A stretch of 64,000 bases of DNA from contig DATJJR010000011.1 of the NCBI GenBank assembly GCA_035492055.1, positions 12,135-76,134 of the forward strand, written 5' to 3'. The position numbers and the translations under genes were made by a program. The stretch is from Rhodocyclaceae bacterium. Its GTDB lineage: Bacteria > Pseudomonadota > Gammaproteobacteria > Burkholderiales > Rhodocyclaceae. Shown here one piece after another: positions 21,710 through 33,070 of this stretch. Each line of letters begins with the position of its first letter. The stretch's first letter is position 1. The notes under the pieces are model-generated. The model made no database searches and was not told the DNA's origin. It was given only the letters and a program-made list of their open reading frames with translations.

Positions 21710-23785
21710 TTAGAAATCGACTCGGATGCCAAGCAAGGCACTGCGCCCACCGAGCGGCGCAATGTCCTTGAGCACCGAGGTCGCCAGCCGCGCATCGGCA
21801 TTCAGCAGGTTATTGAGCTTCAAAAAGGCCTCGGCATTCGGCGCATGTGCAAAACGCCAGGCCAGCATGGCATTGACCAAAGTATAGGCATCCGTCGGCA
21901 ACTCGTTGGCGGGCACGCGGGTTTGCTTGCCCGCATAGATCACGTCGAGCTTTGCACCCACGTCGCCCAAGCGGTAATCAGCACCGACGCCGACGTGATA
22001 CGGCGCGATCCACGGCAAGGCTTCGCCGGTGTCACGATTCGCTGCACGCACAGTGTCGCCCTTGAGACGCAGGTCGATATCGCCAACACCTTCGTAGACA
22101 TGCCATTTGCCTTGTGCTTCAACGCCATAGAAATTTGCCGGCACAACGCGAGTCACCGCTTCGGGCAGACCGTCCGTCGCTGGATTGAGCGTCCCGTCTT
22201 CGCCACGTGTATTACCCGTGTTGAATGTGCCGATGTAATTTCGGAAACGGTTGTAGTACGCACCGACGCTAGCCGAGCTACGGTCACCGCGCCATTTCAC
22301 TTGCCAGTCGATGCCGTTCGATTTTTCCACGCCAAGGTTCGCATCGCCGATGACGTATTGCCCGGTGGCCGGATGCGGGCCGTTGGCAAATAGTTCGTTG
22401 TAGCTCGGTGCTCGTTCGTTGTGCGACAGATTCAGCGTCGATGACCACGCTTCGGTGAATTTGTAGAGCACGCCGAAGGCACTGCTCACCGGCGTAAAAG
22501 CGCGTGAGCCTGCATTGCCGAAACGTGGTGCGCCGGTATTTGGGTCGATCGGGCCACCACCGGACGAATCGACACCGGTGCGCTCGACGCGTGTACTCGC
22601 ACTCAACTTGAGTCGATCCAGCGGCAACTCTTCGTATACGTAGGCCGCACGCGACAGCGTCGTAATATCGGGCAGCAGCGACTCGTCGCCCTGCGCATTG
22701 ACAATCGCGTTACGGAATTGCAGTCCGACGACGCCCGACAGATCGCCGAATGGCAAAGCCAGCGTTGCATGCTTCGCTTCGACACTCATTTCATCGCCGC
22801 GTGTGTTGAACGTCGTGCCGACAACCCCGTCCTCAAGTTCATTGTGCGTGTATTCGGTATGTGCGTAACGTAGCGTCAGCGCGTCAATGAACGGACCAAC
22901 ATCACGCAACTCACTGGCAAAGTCGACACGGTTCGATTTCATGCGAATACGTACGTCCTGTTCGGCCACCGTGCCGTAATTGGCGTTATAACCAGAGAAG
23001 GACACACCCGCATAGCCACGGTCGAAATTCAGGGACGCACCGACCGCACCGCCGCTGGCGACTCCGCTGCTGTTTGGCAGCGTGCCATTGGCTTCATCAG
23101 CTTGCGGTGACTGGGCGCGAAGCTGCGCAGATCGGGCATCACCGGGAATGCGCAGATCATTGCTGTGACGCTGAAATGCATCGACGTGCATCGAAAGCAC
23201 ACCATCGCCGCTCTCGATCACCGCAGCGCTGCTGGTCTGTCGATCCGACCCACCGACGCGCGCCTCTGCGCGGCCGCTGACACCCGTAATCGCATCTTTC
23301 GGGATGCGATTGTCGATGGCATTGATGACGCCGCCAACGGCACTGCCGCCGTAAAGCAGCGCGGCCGGCCCGCGTACGACATCGATCTGATCGATGACGA
23401 GCGGATCAATCGGCGTGGCATGGTCGGGGCTCAGTGCCGACACATCAAGCAAGCCTGAACCGTTTTGCATGATCTTGATGCGATCAGCATCCAACCCACG
23501 CATGATCGGTCGCGATGCATTTGGCCCGAAGTTGGTTGTGCTGATGCCGGGAATGCCGGCGAGTGTTTCGCCCAGAGTACCGGCCGCACGATCGGAAATA
23601 TCGGTGCGATTCACGACCACCACCGGCGCGACCATGTCATCGACACGATTGCCGAGCGGATTGGCGGTCACGACAACGGGCGCTAGTTCATGAGGATCAC
23701 TGGCTTCCTCTGCACAAACGATGAACGAAGAAAAAGACAAAGGCAGACCGGCGCAGCAAAGCGCGGCGAATTTTCGGTGCGACAT
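21710..23785 (-). CDS. TonB-dependent outer-membrane receptor (metal, Zn or Cu, unresolved)
   Basis: 691 aa with a signal peptide, TonB box APVVVTA, a plug domain and a C-terminal aromatic residue (...GIRVDF). Confidence 0.9.
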   Translation of the reverse strand: MSHRKFAALCCAGLPLSFSSFIVCAEEASDPHELAPVVVTANPLGNRVDDMVAPVVVVNRTDISDRAAGTLGETLAGIPGISTTNFGPNASRPIMRGLDADRIKIMQNGSGLLDVSALSPDHATPIDPLVIDQIDVVRGPAALLYGGSAVGGVINAIDNRIPKDAITGVSGRAEARVGGSDRQTSSAAVIESGDGVLSMHVDAFQRHSNDLRIPGDARSAQLRAQSPQADEANGTLPNSSGVASGGAVGASLNFDRGYAGVSFSGYNANYGTVAEQDVRIRMKSNRVDFASELRDVGPFIDALTLRYAHTEYTHNELEDGVVGTTFNTRGDEMSVEAKHATLALPFGDLSGVVGLQFRNAIVNAQGDESLLPDITTLSRAAYVYEELPLDRLKLSASTRVERTGVDSSGGGPIDPNTGAPRFGNAGSRAFTPVSSAFGVLYKFTEAWSSTLNLSHNERAPSYNELFANGPHPATGQYVIGDANLGVEKSNGIDWQVKWRGDRSSASVGAYYNRFRNYIGTFNTGNTRGEDGTLNPATDGLPEAVTRVVPANFYGVEAQGKWHVYEGVGDIDLRLKGDTVRAANRDTGEALPWIAPYHVGVGADYRLGDVGAKLDVIYAGKQTRVPANELPTDAYTLVNAMLAWRFAHAPNAEAFLKLNNLLNADARLATSVLKDIAPLGGRSALLGIRVDF

Positions 23786-23856
23786 GGGTACTCCTGAAAC
23801 GCAATGACAAAGACAGCCACCGGCAAAGGCTGCTGATGACTAGGGCAAAGGACGTT

Positions 23857-24150
23857 TCAGGCGAAGGGCGGAGATTGTTGACGTGCAAACGGCGCCGGCA
23901 TGGCGGCACGATCGTTCTGCACGAAAACCGAAGGGGTAAAACTTGTCGCAATGACCGGCAGTTCGACGTGCGTTCCGGTCAGGGCATGGGCAAGATTGTG
24001 CGCAGCATGGCACGTGGCACACGCATGATGATGCAGTGCCGACTTGTGCGTTTCCTCAAAGGCATGCTCGACGACGTGCGCTGCTGCCAGCGCTTGCGCG
24101 CAAAGCAGCAGGAGACCGAACAACAGATGGAGGAAACGCGTTTTCACCAT
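23857..24150 (-). CDS. small secreted His/Cys-rich protein (DUF2946/CzcI-like, putative metal binding)
   Basis: 97 aa with a signal peptide, then 10 His and a CxxC within about 43 residues (HVVEH..H..HHHACATCHAAHNLAH..H). Lies immediately upstream of the TonB receptor. Confidence 0.65.
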   Translation of the reverse strand: MVKTRFLHLLFGLLLLCAQALAAAHVVEHAFEETHKSALHHHACATCHAAHNLAHALTGTHVELPVIATSFTPSVFVQNDRAAMPAPFARQQSPPFA

Positions 24151-24152
24151 TG

Positions 24153-25343
24153 TCAGTCCGCTTGAACCAGCAGACCTTTCAGATATTCGCCTTCAGGAAA
24201 AGCCAGATCAACCGGATGATCGGCAGCGCCTTGCAGGCGTTTGACAATACGTGCAGTCACACCGGCATCGCGCGCAGCACCGGCAACGATGGACTGGAAC
24301 AGCTCCAGGCCAATACCACCGGAACACGAATACGTCATCAACAAGCCGCCCGGATTGAGCAATTTCAATCCATGCAGATTGATGTCCTTGTAGGCACGCG
24401 CGGCACGATCGGCATGCGCAGCCGAAGGTGCGAACTTCGGTGGATCAAGAATCACGAGATCGAATTTCTCGCCTTGCTTGTGCATGTCGCGCAACGACTG
24501 AAAAACATCCGCTTCGCGCCATTCGCACTTGCTCGCGTCGAGTCCGGAATTCAATTCGAGGTTGCGTTGCGCCGTCGCCAGGGCCGGGCCGGAACTGTCG
24601 ATGGAAACGACTTCACGCGCATCACCGGCTAGTGCCTGCAGCGAAAAACCGCCGGTGTAACAGAAGCAATTGAGCACGCGGCGGCCGGCGGCCAGCTCGC
24701 GCGCAAAGCGACGGTTGTCGCGTTGGTCGAGATAAAAACCGGTCTTGTGACCGCCAGCATAATCGACGGCCATTTTCACGCCGTGCTCTTCGATGATCGG
24801 ATCGTTACTAGGCGCTTCGCCGTAAGCCCAGCCGGTCGTCGGCTCCAAGCCTTCGAGCTTGCGCACTTCGGAATCGGAGCGCTCATAAATACGTGCGCAA
24901 CCGGTTGCCTTCACCAGCGCATCAACAATCGCGCTGCGCCATTTGTCGGCGCCAGCGCTGGTGAGCTGGATCACGATCAGATCGCCGTATTGATCGGCGA
25001 TGACGCCGGGCAAGCCATCCGACTCGGCATGAATCAGGCGCAAGCCGTTTTGTTTTTGCAACTCCGGCAAGGCCTGGCGGCGTACCACGGCCGCAGCAAC
25101 GCGGCGCTTGAAGAAGGCGTTGTCCACGGTTTCATCGGCATCGAACGTCCAGACGCGCGCGCGAATCTGCGAGGACGGACTCCATGCCGCCTTCGCCAAT
25201 ACTTTTTCGCCATCCATGATGTCCACCGTATCGCCCGGGCGCGCACGGCCTTCCAGGCTGGCGACGGAGCCGGCGAACAACCAGGGGTGGCGCCGGAACA
25301 ACGAACGTTCCTTGCCAGGCTTGAGCAGTAGACGGGCGGACAT
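24153..25343 (-). CDS. rlmI: 23S rRNA m5C1962 methyltransferase RlmI-like (PUA + class I SAM MTase)
   Basis: Start trimmed to MSARLLLKPGKERSLFRRHPWLF. SAM-binding region VLNCFCYTGGFS; DPPKF motif. Confidence 0.85.
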   Translation of the reverse strand: MSARLLLKPGKERSLFRRHPWLFAGSVASLEGRARPGDTVDIMDGEKVLAKAAWSPSSQIRARVWTFDADETVDNAFFKRRVAAAVVRRQALPELQKQNGLRLIHAESDGLPGVIADQYGDLIVIQLTSAGADKWRSAIVDALVKATGCARIYERSDSEVRKLEGLEPTTGWAYGEAPSNDPIIEEHGVKMAVDYAGGHKTGFYLDQRDNRRFARELAAGRRVLNCFCYTGGFSLQALAGDAREVVSIDSSGPALATAQRNLELNSGLDASKCEWREADVFQSLRDMHKQGEKFDLVILDPPKFAPSAAHADRAARAYKDINLHGLKLLNPGGLLMTYSCSGGIGLELFQSIVAGAARDAGVTARIVKRLQGAADHPVDLAFPEGEYLKGLLVQAD

Positions 25344-25411
25344 GGGAAAGGAGGGCGAAAGAAAGCGAGGGCGGATTGTAGTCGAGGGGCTTTCCTCCGT
25401 CCAGCTTTTCA

Positions 25412-25426
25412 TGCAACAATGTTGCA
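25412..25426. promoter_or_regulatory. candidate Fur-family (Zur) operator, perfect 7-1-7 palindrome
   Basis: TGCAACA-A-TGTTGCA in the rlmI/zur divergent gap. It overlaps the first zur ATG. Confidence 0.45.
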
Positions 25427-25850
25427 CATGAATTCACCTGCCGAAAATCTGCTCAAGGAAAAACGCCTGCGTGTCACCCCGGCACGGCTGGCGGCACTGG
25501 ATGTGCTGCTCACGGCCGATCATGCGCTGACGCATCTTGAAATCGACCAGTCGCTCGCCGATGCCGGCGCCAAGCTCGACCGCGTAACGCTCTATCGCAC
25601 GCTCGATTTCCTGGTGGCCGAAAACCTTGCCCATCGGCTTGCCAACGATGATCGCGTCTGGCGTTTTTCCGCACAGCCACGGACAGGCGGACACGCGCAT
25701 CCGCACTTCCATTGCGATGGCTGCGGCAGCACCATGTGCCTCGGCGATCTCAATCCCGCCATGGTCGTCAGCCTGCCGGATGGCTACGTTTTTCGGCAAG
25801 CCGAACTGACGCTGCACGGACTCTGCCCCACCTGCAACTTGCCACGCTGA
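25419..25850 (+). CDS. zur: Fur-family transcriptional regulator, probably Zur
   Basis: 143 aa with winged-helix N-terminus (LRVTPARLAALDVL), HAHPHFHCDGCG and CPTC Zn-site motifs. Followed by COG0523 genes. The start could be ATG 25428. Confidence 0.8.
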   Translation: MLHMNSPAENLLKEKRLRVTPARLAALDVLLTADHALTHLEIDQSLADAGAKLDRVTLYRTLDFLVAENLAHRLANDDRVWRFSAQPRTGGHAHPHFHCDGCGSTMCLGDLNPAMVVSLPDGYVFRQAELTLHGLCPTCNLPR

Positions 25851-25888
25851 ACGCTCACCCAATCAGCGCGCGATTAACCGCCCTTAAA

Positions 25889-25903
25889 TGCAACTGAGTT
25901 TCA
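25889..25903. promoter_or_regulatory. degenerate second copy of the palindrome
   Basis: TGCAAC-TGA-GTTTCA has the same 6-3-6 geometry with one mismatch. It sits 16 nt before the ATG of the first COG0523 gene. Confidence 0.3.
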
Positions 25904-25918
25904 CAAAAGACCTTCAGA

Positions 25919-27004
25919 ATGAATTCACAGGACACACGCATCCCGATTACCTTGCTGACCGGATTCCTGGGTGCCGGCAAGACAACATTGCTCAACACAC
26001 TGCTGTGGCAAAAAGGTTTCGAGGACGCCGCCGTCTTCATCAATGAATTCGGCGAGGTCGGCGTTGATCACCTACTGGTCGAGAAAATCGACGAGGACGT
26101 CGTGCTGCTCGATTCCGGCTGCATCTGCTGCAGCATGCGCGGCGACCTGCCCAAGGCGTTGCGCGATCTCTTCAAGCGCGCCCAGCGCAAGGCCATTCCC
26201 GTGCCGAAGCGCATCGTCATCGAAACCACTGGCATCGCCGACCCGGCTCCAGTCATATACACCTTGCTCAACGAGCATTTCATTGCCGAACGCTTCCGCC
26301 TCGACGGCGTCGTCACCGTCGTCGCGGCAACGCACGGTGCCGACCAGATCGAAATCAATGGCGAAGCATTGCGGCAGGTCGTCATGGCCGATCGATTGGT
26401 CATCAGCAAATGCGATCAGGCCTCGGCCGAGCAGATCACGCGGCTCACTGCACATCTGGCCGCACTCAATCCGACGGCAGTGCAATTGCAGTCCAGCAAG
26501 GGCAGTATCGCTGCCGCCGACATTCTCGACATCGGGCTCTACGATCCGGTCGCCAAAGCACCGGATGTCACGACCTGGCTGGCTGAAATTCGCGTTGCCG
26601 AACAGGCTGAATTGCGGGGCCTCAGTTACAGCAACAAACGTCAACCTGCCGTACAGCCGACACACACCAGCGACGTCGAAAGCTTCGTTCTCAAATTCGA
26701 CACGCCGCTGACGTATGGCGCGCTGAGCACAACGCTCGATGCGCTACTGCAGGGCCACGGCGAACACATCCTGCGTATCAAGGGGCTCGTCAACATTGCC
26801 GGCGAAGCAGGGCCGCGCATCGTGCAATGCGTACAGCACACCCGCTGTCCGAGCGTACGCCTGGACGCGTGGCCTGACGATGCGGTCTATGCCGACCGCA
26901 AGAGCCGTCTCGTTTTCATCACTCGCAAGCTCAGCGAGGCGCGCCTGCGCGAAAGCCTCGCCGACATCGCAAAACTCATCGCCAAATATGGCATCACCGC
27001 CTGA
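25919..27004 (+). CDS. COG0523/CobW-family G3E GTPase (putative zinc metallochaperone), paralogue 1
   Basis: 361 aa with P-loop [12 protein letters not shown] and metal motif [11 protein letters not shown]. Confidence 0.9.
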   Translation: MNSQDTRIPITLLTGFLGAGKTTLLNTLLWQKGFEDAAVFINEFGEVGVDHLLVEKIDEDVVLLDSGCICCSMRGDLPKALRDLFKRAQRKAIPVPKRIVIETTGIADPAPVIYTLLNEHFIAERFRLDGVVTVVAATHGADQIEINGEALRQVVMADRLVISKCDQASAEQITRLTAHLAALNPTAVQLQSSKGSIAAADILDIGLYDPVAKAPDVTTWLAEIRVAEQAELRGLSYSNKRQPAVQPTHTSDVESFVLKFDTPLTYGALSTTLDALLQGHGEHILRIKGLVNIAGEAGPRIVQCVQHTRCPSVRLDAWPDDAVYADRKSRLVFITRKLSEARLRESLADIAKLIAKYGITA

Positions 27005-27011
27005 GGAATCC

Positions 27012-28220
<1,209 letters not shown>

Positions 28221-28315
28221 CCTCCGCCATCTTCGTTTATTGCACCGAGGTCGGTAAAATAGGCTGCATAAAGTCAAGAATCCAAGTTCCCGAACCGTCC
28301 ACGAAAGATCGCCGC

Positions 28316-28972
28316 ATGTCCAACTCCCCTTCGCTGACGCACCTGCTCGATAACAACCGCACCTGGGCCGAAAGCCGGATCGCAGAAGATCCAACTTACT
28401 TCAGCCGTCTCGCCAAGCAACAAAACCCCGAATATTTCTGGATCGGCTGTTCCGACAGCCGCGTGCCGGCTAACCAGATCACCGGCCTCGATCCGGGCGA
28501 AGTCTTCGTCCATCGCAATGTCGCCAATGTGATCGTGCCGAGCGATTTGAACTGCCTGTCGGTCATGCAATTCGCCATCGACGTGCTCAAGGTCAAGCAT
28601 GTCATCGTGGTCGGCCACTACGGTTGCGGCGGTGTGCGTGCTGCACTGGAAAACCAGCGCCACGGCCTCGTCGACAACTGGCTGCGCCACGTCAAGGATG
28701 TGCGCGACAAGCATGCCGCCATCATTGAACAGACCGAACCGGAAGTTCGCGCGGACAAGCTGTGTGAACTCAATGTGGTGGAGCAGGTGGTGAATGTCTG
28801 CCAGACCACGGTCGTGCTCGACGCCTGGCAACGCGGCCAGCCGCTGACCGTGCACGGCTGGGTCTACGGCCTCAAGGATGGCCGCGCGCGGGATCTCGGC
28901 ATGCGCGCTTCGTCTGAAGAAGAAGCGGTCGACATCTATCACACGACCATGCAACGCCTCCGCAGCGCTTGA
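28316..28972 (+). CDS. can: beta-class carbonic anhydrase
   Basis: 218 aa with the zinc-ligand motifs GCSDSRV and GHYGCGG. Confidence 0.92.
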   Translation: MSNSPSLTHLLDNNRTWAESRIAEDPTYFSRLAKQQNPEYFWIGCSDSRVPANQITGLDPGEVFVHRNVANVIVPSDLNCLSVMQFAIDVLKVKHVIVVGHYGCGGVRAALENQRHGLVDNWLRHVKDVRDKHAAIIEQTEPEVRADKLCELNVVEQVVNVCQTTVVLDAWQRGQPLTVHGWVYGLKDGRARDLGMRASSEEEAVDIYHTTMQRLRSA

Positions 28973-28993
28973 TCCCGGCGAAGGCGCAGCAAT

Positions 28994-29027
28994 AAAAAGG
29001 GCAACCCGCAGGTTGCCCTTTTTGCTT
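28994..29027. terminator. bidirectional intrinsic terminator between convergent can and the FAD/Fe-S gene
   Basis: AAGGGCAACC / GGTTGCCCTT forms a 10-bp stem with loop CGCA. It is flanked by AAAAA upstream and TTTTT downstream. Confidence 0.75.
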
Positions 29028-29052
29028 TAACGGATAGCGAAGACGGCGCTGC

Positions 29053-32000
29053 TTAGAGCAACACACGCTCAATGCCGCCGTTGTTGGCCGCAGCGACGTA
29101 ATCCTTCATCCAGTCGTTGCCGAGCACCGTCTTGGCCATTTCCACTACGATGTAATCCGCTTCCGTGCCGGCATCGTCGTTGTAGCGTGACAGCCCTTGC
29201 AGGCAGGACGGACACGACGTCAGGATTTTCACATCGCCATCGAAATTATCTGCGCGCAACGCAGCCGCGCCCTTTTCGATCTCCTCCTGCTTGCGGAAAC
29301 GTACCTGCGTCGAAATGTCCGGGCGCGTCGCGGCCAAGGTCCCTGATTCACCGCAGCAACGATCGGACAGTGCCACCGGCTGCCCCATCAATGTGTTCAC
29401 CGTCTTCAGCGGATTGTGCGTCTTCATCGGTGTGTGGCAAGGGTCGTGATACATATAGCGCATACCCTGAACGCCGTTCAGCTTGACGCCTTTTTCCAGC
29501 AAATATTCGTGAATGTCGAGCAAGCGACAGCCCGGGAAGATCTTCTCGAATTCGTACTTCTGCAATTGATCCATGCAGGTGCCGCAAGACACAATCACGG
29601 TCTTGATGTCGAGATAGTTGAGCGTATTCGCGACGCGATGGAACAGCACGCGGTTGTCGGTCGTGATCTTTTGACCTTTCACTTCATCGCCAGCGGACGT
29701 CTGCGGATAGCCGCAGCACAAATAACCCGGCGGCAGCACGGTCTGCGCGCCGACGTGATACAGCATCGCCTGCGTCGCCAGACCGACTTGCGAGAACAGG
29801 CGCTCCGAACCGCAGCCGGGGAAATAAAACACTGCATCGCCGTTGTAGTCGGCAGCATTCACCTTCTGCGGATCGCGGATGACCGGCACGACCTTGTCGT
29901 CCTCAATGTCAAGCAGCGCGCGCGACGTGCGCTTGGGCAGATTGCCCGGCATGGGCTTGTTGATGAAGTGAATGATCTGCGCCTTCACCGGCGGCTTACC
30001 CAGCGTTGCGGGCGGATGTTTGACGACATCGCGCGTCAGGCCGAGCGCCTTGCCCAGCTTGTAGCCAAGTCGCTGCGCCTTGTAACCCCACTCGATCATG
30101 CCGGTACGAATCAGCTTGATCGTGGCCGGATCCTTGGCGTTGAGGAAAGCCATCGCGGCCGCAGTGCCGGGATTGAACTTCCTCTTGCCTTGCTCGCGCA
30201 GCAGATTGCGCATGGCGATCGATACATCGCCGAAATCGATGTCGACCGGACACGGTGTCACGCACTTGTGGCACACAGTGCAGTGATCGGCGACGTCGGA
30301 GAATTCGTCGAAATGCTTGAGCGAAATGCCGCGACGTGTCTGTTCTTCGTACAGGAAGGCTTCGGTGAGTAACGACGTCGCGAGAATCTTGTTGCGCGGT
30401 GAATAGAGCAGGTTGGCGCGCGGCACGTGCGTCGAACACACCGGCTTGCACTTGCCGCAACGCAGGCAATCCTTGATCGATTCGTTGATCTTGCCGATCG
30501 ACGACTGCTCCATGATCAACGATTCGGTGCCGAGCAGCGAGAACGATGGCGTGTAGGCCTTGCTCAAATCGGCACCCGGCAACAACTTGCCCTGGTTGAA
30601 ACGCCCGTGCGGATCGATCTTGGCCTTGTAGGCGCGGAACGGTGCGATTTCCTCTTCATCGAGGAATTCAAGCTTGGTCAAACCGATCCCATGCTCACCG
30701 GAGATCACGCCGCCCAGCGACTTGGCCAGCTTCATGATGCGCTCGACCGTATGTGTCGCCGTCGCCAGCATCTGGTAATGATCGGAATTGACCGGGATGT
30801 TGGTATGCACGTTGCCGTCGCCCGCGTGCATGTGCAGCGCAACGAAGACGCGACCGCGCAGAACCTCCTTGTGGATCGCCTTCATGCGTTCCCGAATCGA
30901 GCGATACGGGTCACCAGAGAACATGACGTCCAGCGGTTCACGGATTTCACGCACCCACGACACGCGCACCGAATAATCCTGCATGCGATGGAACAGGCTG
31001 GGGCTTGCAGCGCGATTCGTCAGTTCATCGGCTTCAATGCCGTACTGCGCAAATTGCGCTTCAGCCTGCGCCAACGGCGTATCCAGGTTGTCGTACAGCC
31101 ATTGCCAGCGTACACGCGTCGTTGCCAACAGTTCGAGCGCACGCTCACGACGGTCACCCAACAACACGTCGCGATCCAGGCCGGTATCAGCCACGTCAAG
31201 CGGAATGTCGCCCTGCTCACCGTTGAAGAATGCGGTCAAGCGATCGCACAACGCCAACTTGTTGGTCAGCGACAACTCGATGTTGAATCGCTCAATGCCG
31301 TCGCAATAATCGCCCATGCGCGGCAGCGGAATCACCACGTCTTCATTGATCTTGAAGGCATTCGTGTGCTTCGCAATCGCCGCAGTGCGGCCACGGTCAA
31401 GCCAGAACTTCTTGCGCATATCCGGCGTCACGGCAATGAAGCCTTCGGCACCGCGCAGATTGGTCATGCGCACCACTTCCGACGCAGCCGCCATCACGGA
31501 AGTTTCGTCGTCTCCGACGACGTCGCCGATCAGCACCATTTTCGGACGACCGTGGCGCTTGGCCTTGGTTGCATAACCCACAGCACGAACATAACGTTCA
31601 TCGAGATGTTCAAGACCCGCCAGCAAGACAGGGTGGGAACCCTTGTTTTCCCCACCTGCGCCGCCAGACAGCGTCTTCAGGTAATCCGTGATCTCGACGA
31701 TCGACGGCACGGCTTCACGCACCTGGCCAAAAAATTCCAGACAGAAGGTGCGCGTGTGCGTCGGCATGCGATGCAGAATCCACGTCGCCGACGTGATGAT
31801 GCCGTCGGTGCCCTCCTTCTGTACGCCCGGCAAGCCGCCGAGGAATTTGTCAGTGACGTCCTTGCCGAGGCCGACCTTGCGGAATTTCGCGCCCGGCAGT
31901 TCGATCAATTCTTCCTTGACCGGCTTGCTGCATCCGGCATCGTCAGGTGCATAGGTGCGCACGCGGAATTGCACATTCGCCTGATCGTGGATCTTGCCGA

Positions 32001-32949
32001 AGTTGTGGTTGAGGCGTTCGATCAGTTTCCAGTTGCCGTCCGGGTCAACCATCTTCCACGAGGCCAGGTTGTCGAGCGCGGTGCCCCACAACACGGCTTT
32101 CTTGCCACCGGCATTAGTAGCGATATTGCCGCCGACGCAGCAGGCGTCGGCTGAGGTCGGATCACAGGCGAAGACAAGATCCGCAGCTTCGGCCGCCTCC
32201 ATGGCACGGCGGGTGACCACACCAGCGCCGGTAAATACGGTCGCATACGGACGATCTGCGCCTGGCAGAGTCTGTATCTCGACCTTGCCGAGGTCGATGA
32301 GTTTCTCGGTATTGATGACCACCGACTTCGCCGACAGCGGAATGGCGCCGCCGGTATAGCCGGTGCCGCCGCCGCGCGGAATGATGGTCAGACCGAGCTC
32401 GATGCAGCCGCGCACCAGCGGCCCGATCTCTTCCTCGGTGTCAGGGTAGAGGACGACAAAAGGATATTCGACGCGCCAGTCGGTCGCATCGGTGACATGC
32501 GACACGCGCGCCAGACCATCGAAAGCAATGTTGTCCTTGCGTGTATGTCGAGCCAGGACACGCATGGCCTGCTTACGCAAGTCGTAGGTATCCGAAAAGT
32601 GGAGGGCGAATGCGTCTACCGCAGTGTTCGCGGCCTCGAGCAAGCGACCAACTTTCTCGTTGTCACCGCGACGCTTGTCGATCTCGCGCAGGCGATGGCG
32701 CAACGCCTCGACCAGCGCCGCACGCCGATCGGGGTTGTCGAGCATGTCATCTTCGAGATAAGGGTTGCGCCGTACCGCCCAGATGTCACCGAGGACCTCA
32801 TACAGCATGCGCGCGGATCGCCCCGTCACACGTTCCGTACGCAAGGTGTCGAGCACGCTCCACATCTCTTCGCCGAGCAGGCGGATCACGATTTCGCGAT
32901 CGGAAAAGGATGTGTAGTTGTAGGGAATTTCGCGCAGACGAGCTGTCAT
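29053..32949 (-). CDS. DUF3683 + FAD-linked oxidase (GlcD-like) + 4Fe-4S/CCG (GlcF-like) fusion protein, YdiJ-like
   Basis: Start trimmed to [21 protein letters not shown] (ATG 32949), giving about 1298 aa. Contains [11 protein letters not shown] and [11 protein letters not shown] ferredoxin motifs and C-terminal CCG motifs (CCGYP, CCGESG). Confidence 0.85.
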   Translation of the reverse strand: MTARLREIPYNYTSFSDREIVIRLLGEEMWSVLDTLRTERVTGRSARMLYEVLGDIWAVRRNPYLEDDMLDNPDRRAALVEALRHRLREIDKRRGDNEKVGRLLEAANTAVDAFALHFSDTYDLRKQAMRVLARHTRKDNIAFDGLARVSHVTDATDWRVEYPFVVLYPDTEEEIGPLVRGCIELGLTIIPRGGGTGYTGGAIPLSAKSVVINTEKLIDLGKVEIQTLPGADRPYATVFTGAGVVTRRAMEAAEAADLVFACDPTSADACCVGGNIATNAGGKKAVLWGTALDNLASWKMVDPDGNWKLIERLNHNFGKIHDQANVQFRVRTYAPDDAGCSKPVKEELIELPGAKFRKVGLGKDVTDKFLGGLPGVQKEGTDGIITSATWILHRMPTHTRTFCLEFFGQVREAVPSIVEITDYLKTLSGGAGGENKGSHPVLLAGLEHLDERYVRAVGYATKAKRHGRPKMVLIGDVVGDDETSVMAAASEVVRMTNLRGAEGFIAVTPDMRKKFWLDRGRTAAIAKHTNAFKINEDVVIPLPRMGDYCDGIERFNIELSLTNKLALCDRLTAFFNGEQGDIPLDVADTGLDRDVLLGDRRERALELLATTRVRWQWLYDNLDTPLAQAEAQFAQYGIEADELTNRAASPSLFHRMQDYSVRVSWVREIREPLDVMFSGDPYRSIRERMKAIHKEVLRGRVFVALHMHAGDGNVHTNIPVNSDHYQMLATATHTVERIMKLAKSLGGVISGEHGIGLTKLEFLDEEEIAPFRAYKAKIDPHGRFNQGKLLPGADLSKAYTPSFSLLGTESLIMEQSSIGKINESIKDCLRCGKCKPVCSTHVPRANLLYSPRNKILATSLLTEAFLYEEQTRRGISLKHFDEFSDVADHCTVCHKCVTPCPVDIDFGDVSIAMRNLLREQGKRKFNPGTAAAMAFLNAKDPATIKLIRTGMIEWGYKAQRLGYKLGKALGLTRDVVKHPPATLGKPPVKAQIIHFINKPMPGNLPKRTSRALLDIEDDKVVPVIRDPQKVNAADYNGDAVFYFPGCGSERLFSQVGLATQAMLYHVGAQTVLPPGYLCCGYPQTSAGDEVKGQKITTDNRVLFHRVANTLNYLDIKTVIVSCGTCMDQLQKYEFEKIFPGCRLLDIHEYLLEKGVKLNGVQGMRYMYHDPCHTPMKTHNPLKTVNTLMGQPVALSDRCCGESGTLAATRPDISTQVRFRKQEEIEKGAAALRADNFDGDVKILTSCPSCLQGLSRYNDDAGTEADYIVVEMAKTVLGNDWMKDYVAAANNGGIERVLL

Positions 32950-33070
32950 TTTTATGGGGTAGTGCCGCAAAAATACGATTCTAAAGTATTGCGCTGCAAC
33001 ACAAAATACCGGATGCATCAAAGCTTTATATGCAGATGCACGACGGGCTTGGGGTAAACTCCGCCGCCTC

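Noticed and set aside
26739-27011. N-terminal 91-codon extension of the second COG0523 ORF, overlapping the first
   Set aside because: The P-loop N-terminus begins at ATG 27012 with a GAGGAA SD. The extension is out of frame with, and overlaps, the first GTPase gene.
28274-28954. 226-aa minus-strand ORF
   Set aside because: A mirror image of the carbonic anhydrase gene, which has intact Zn-ligand motifs on the plus strand.
30427-32154. 575-aa plus-strand ORF
   Set aside because: Antisense to the FAD/Fe-S fusion gene, so an artefact of GC-rich codon bias.
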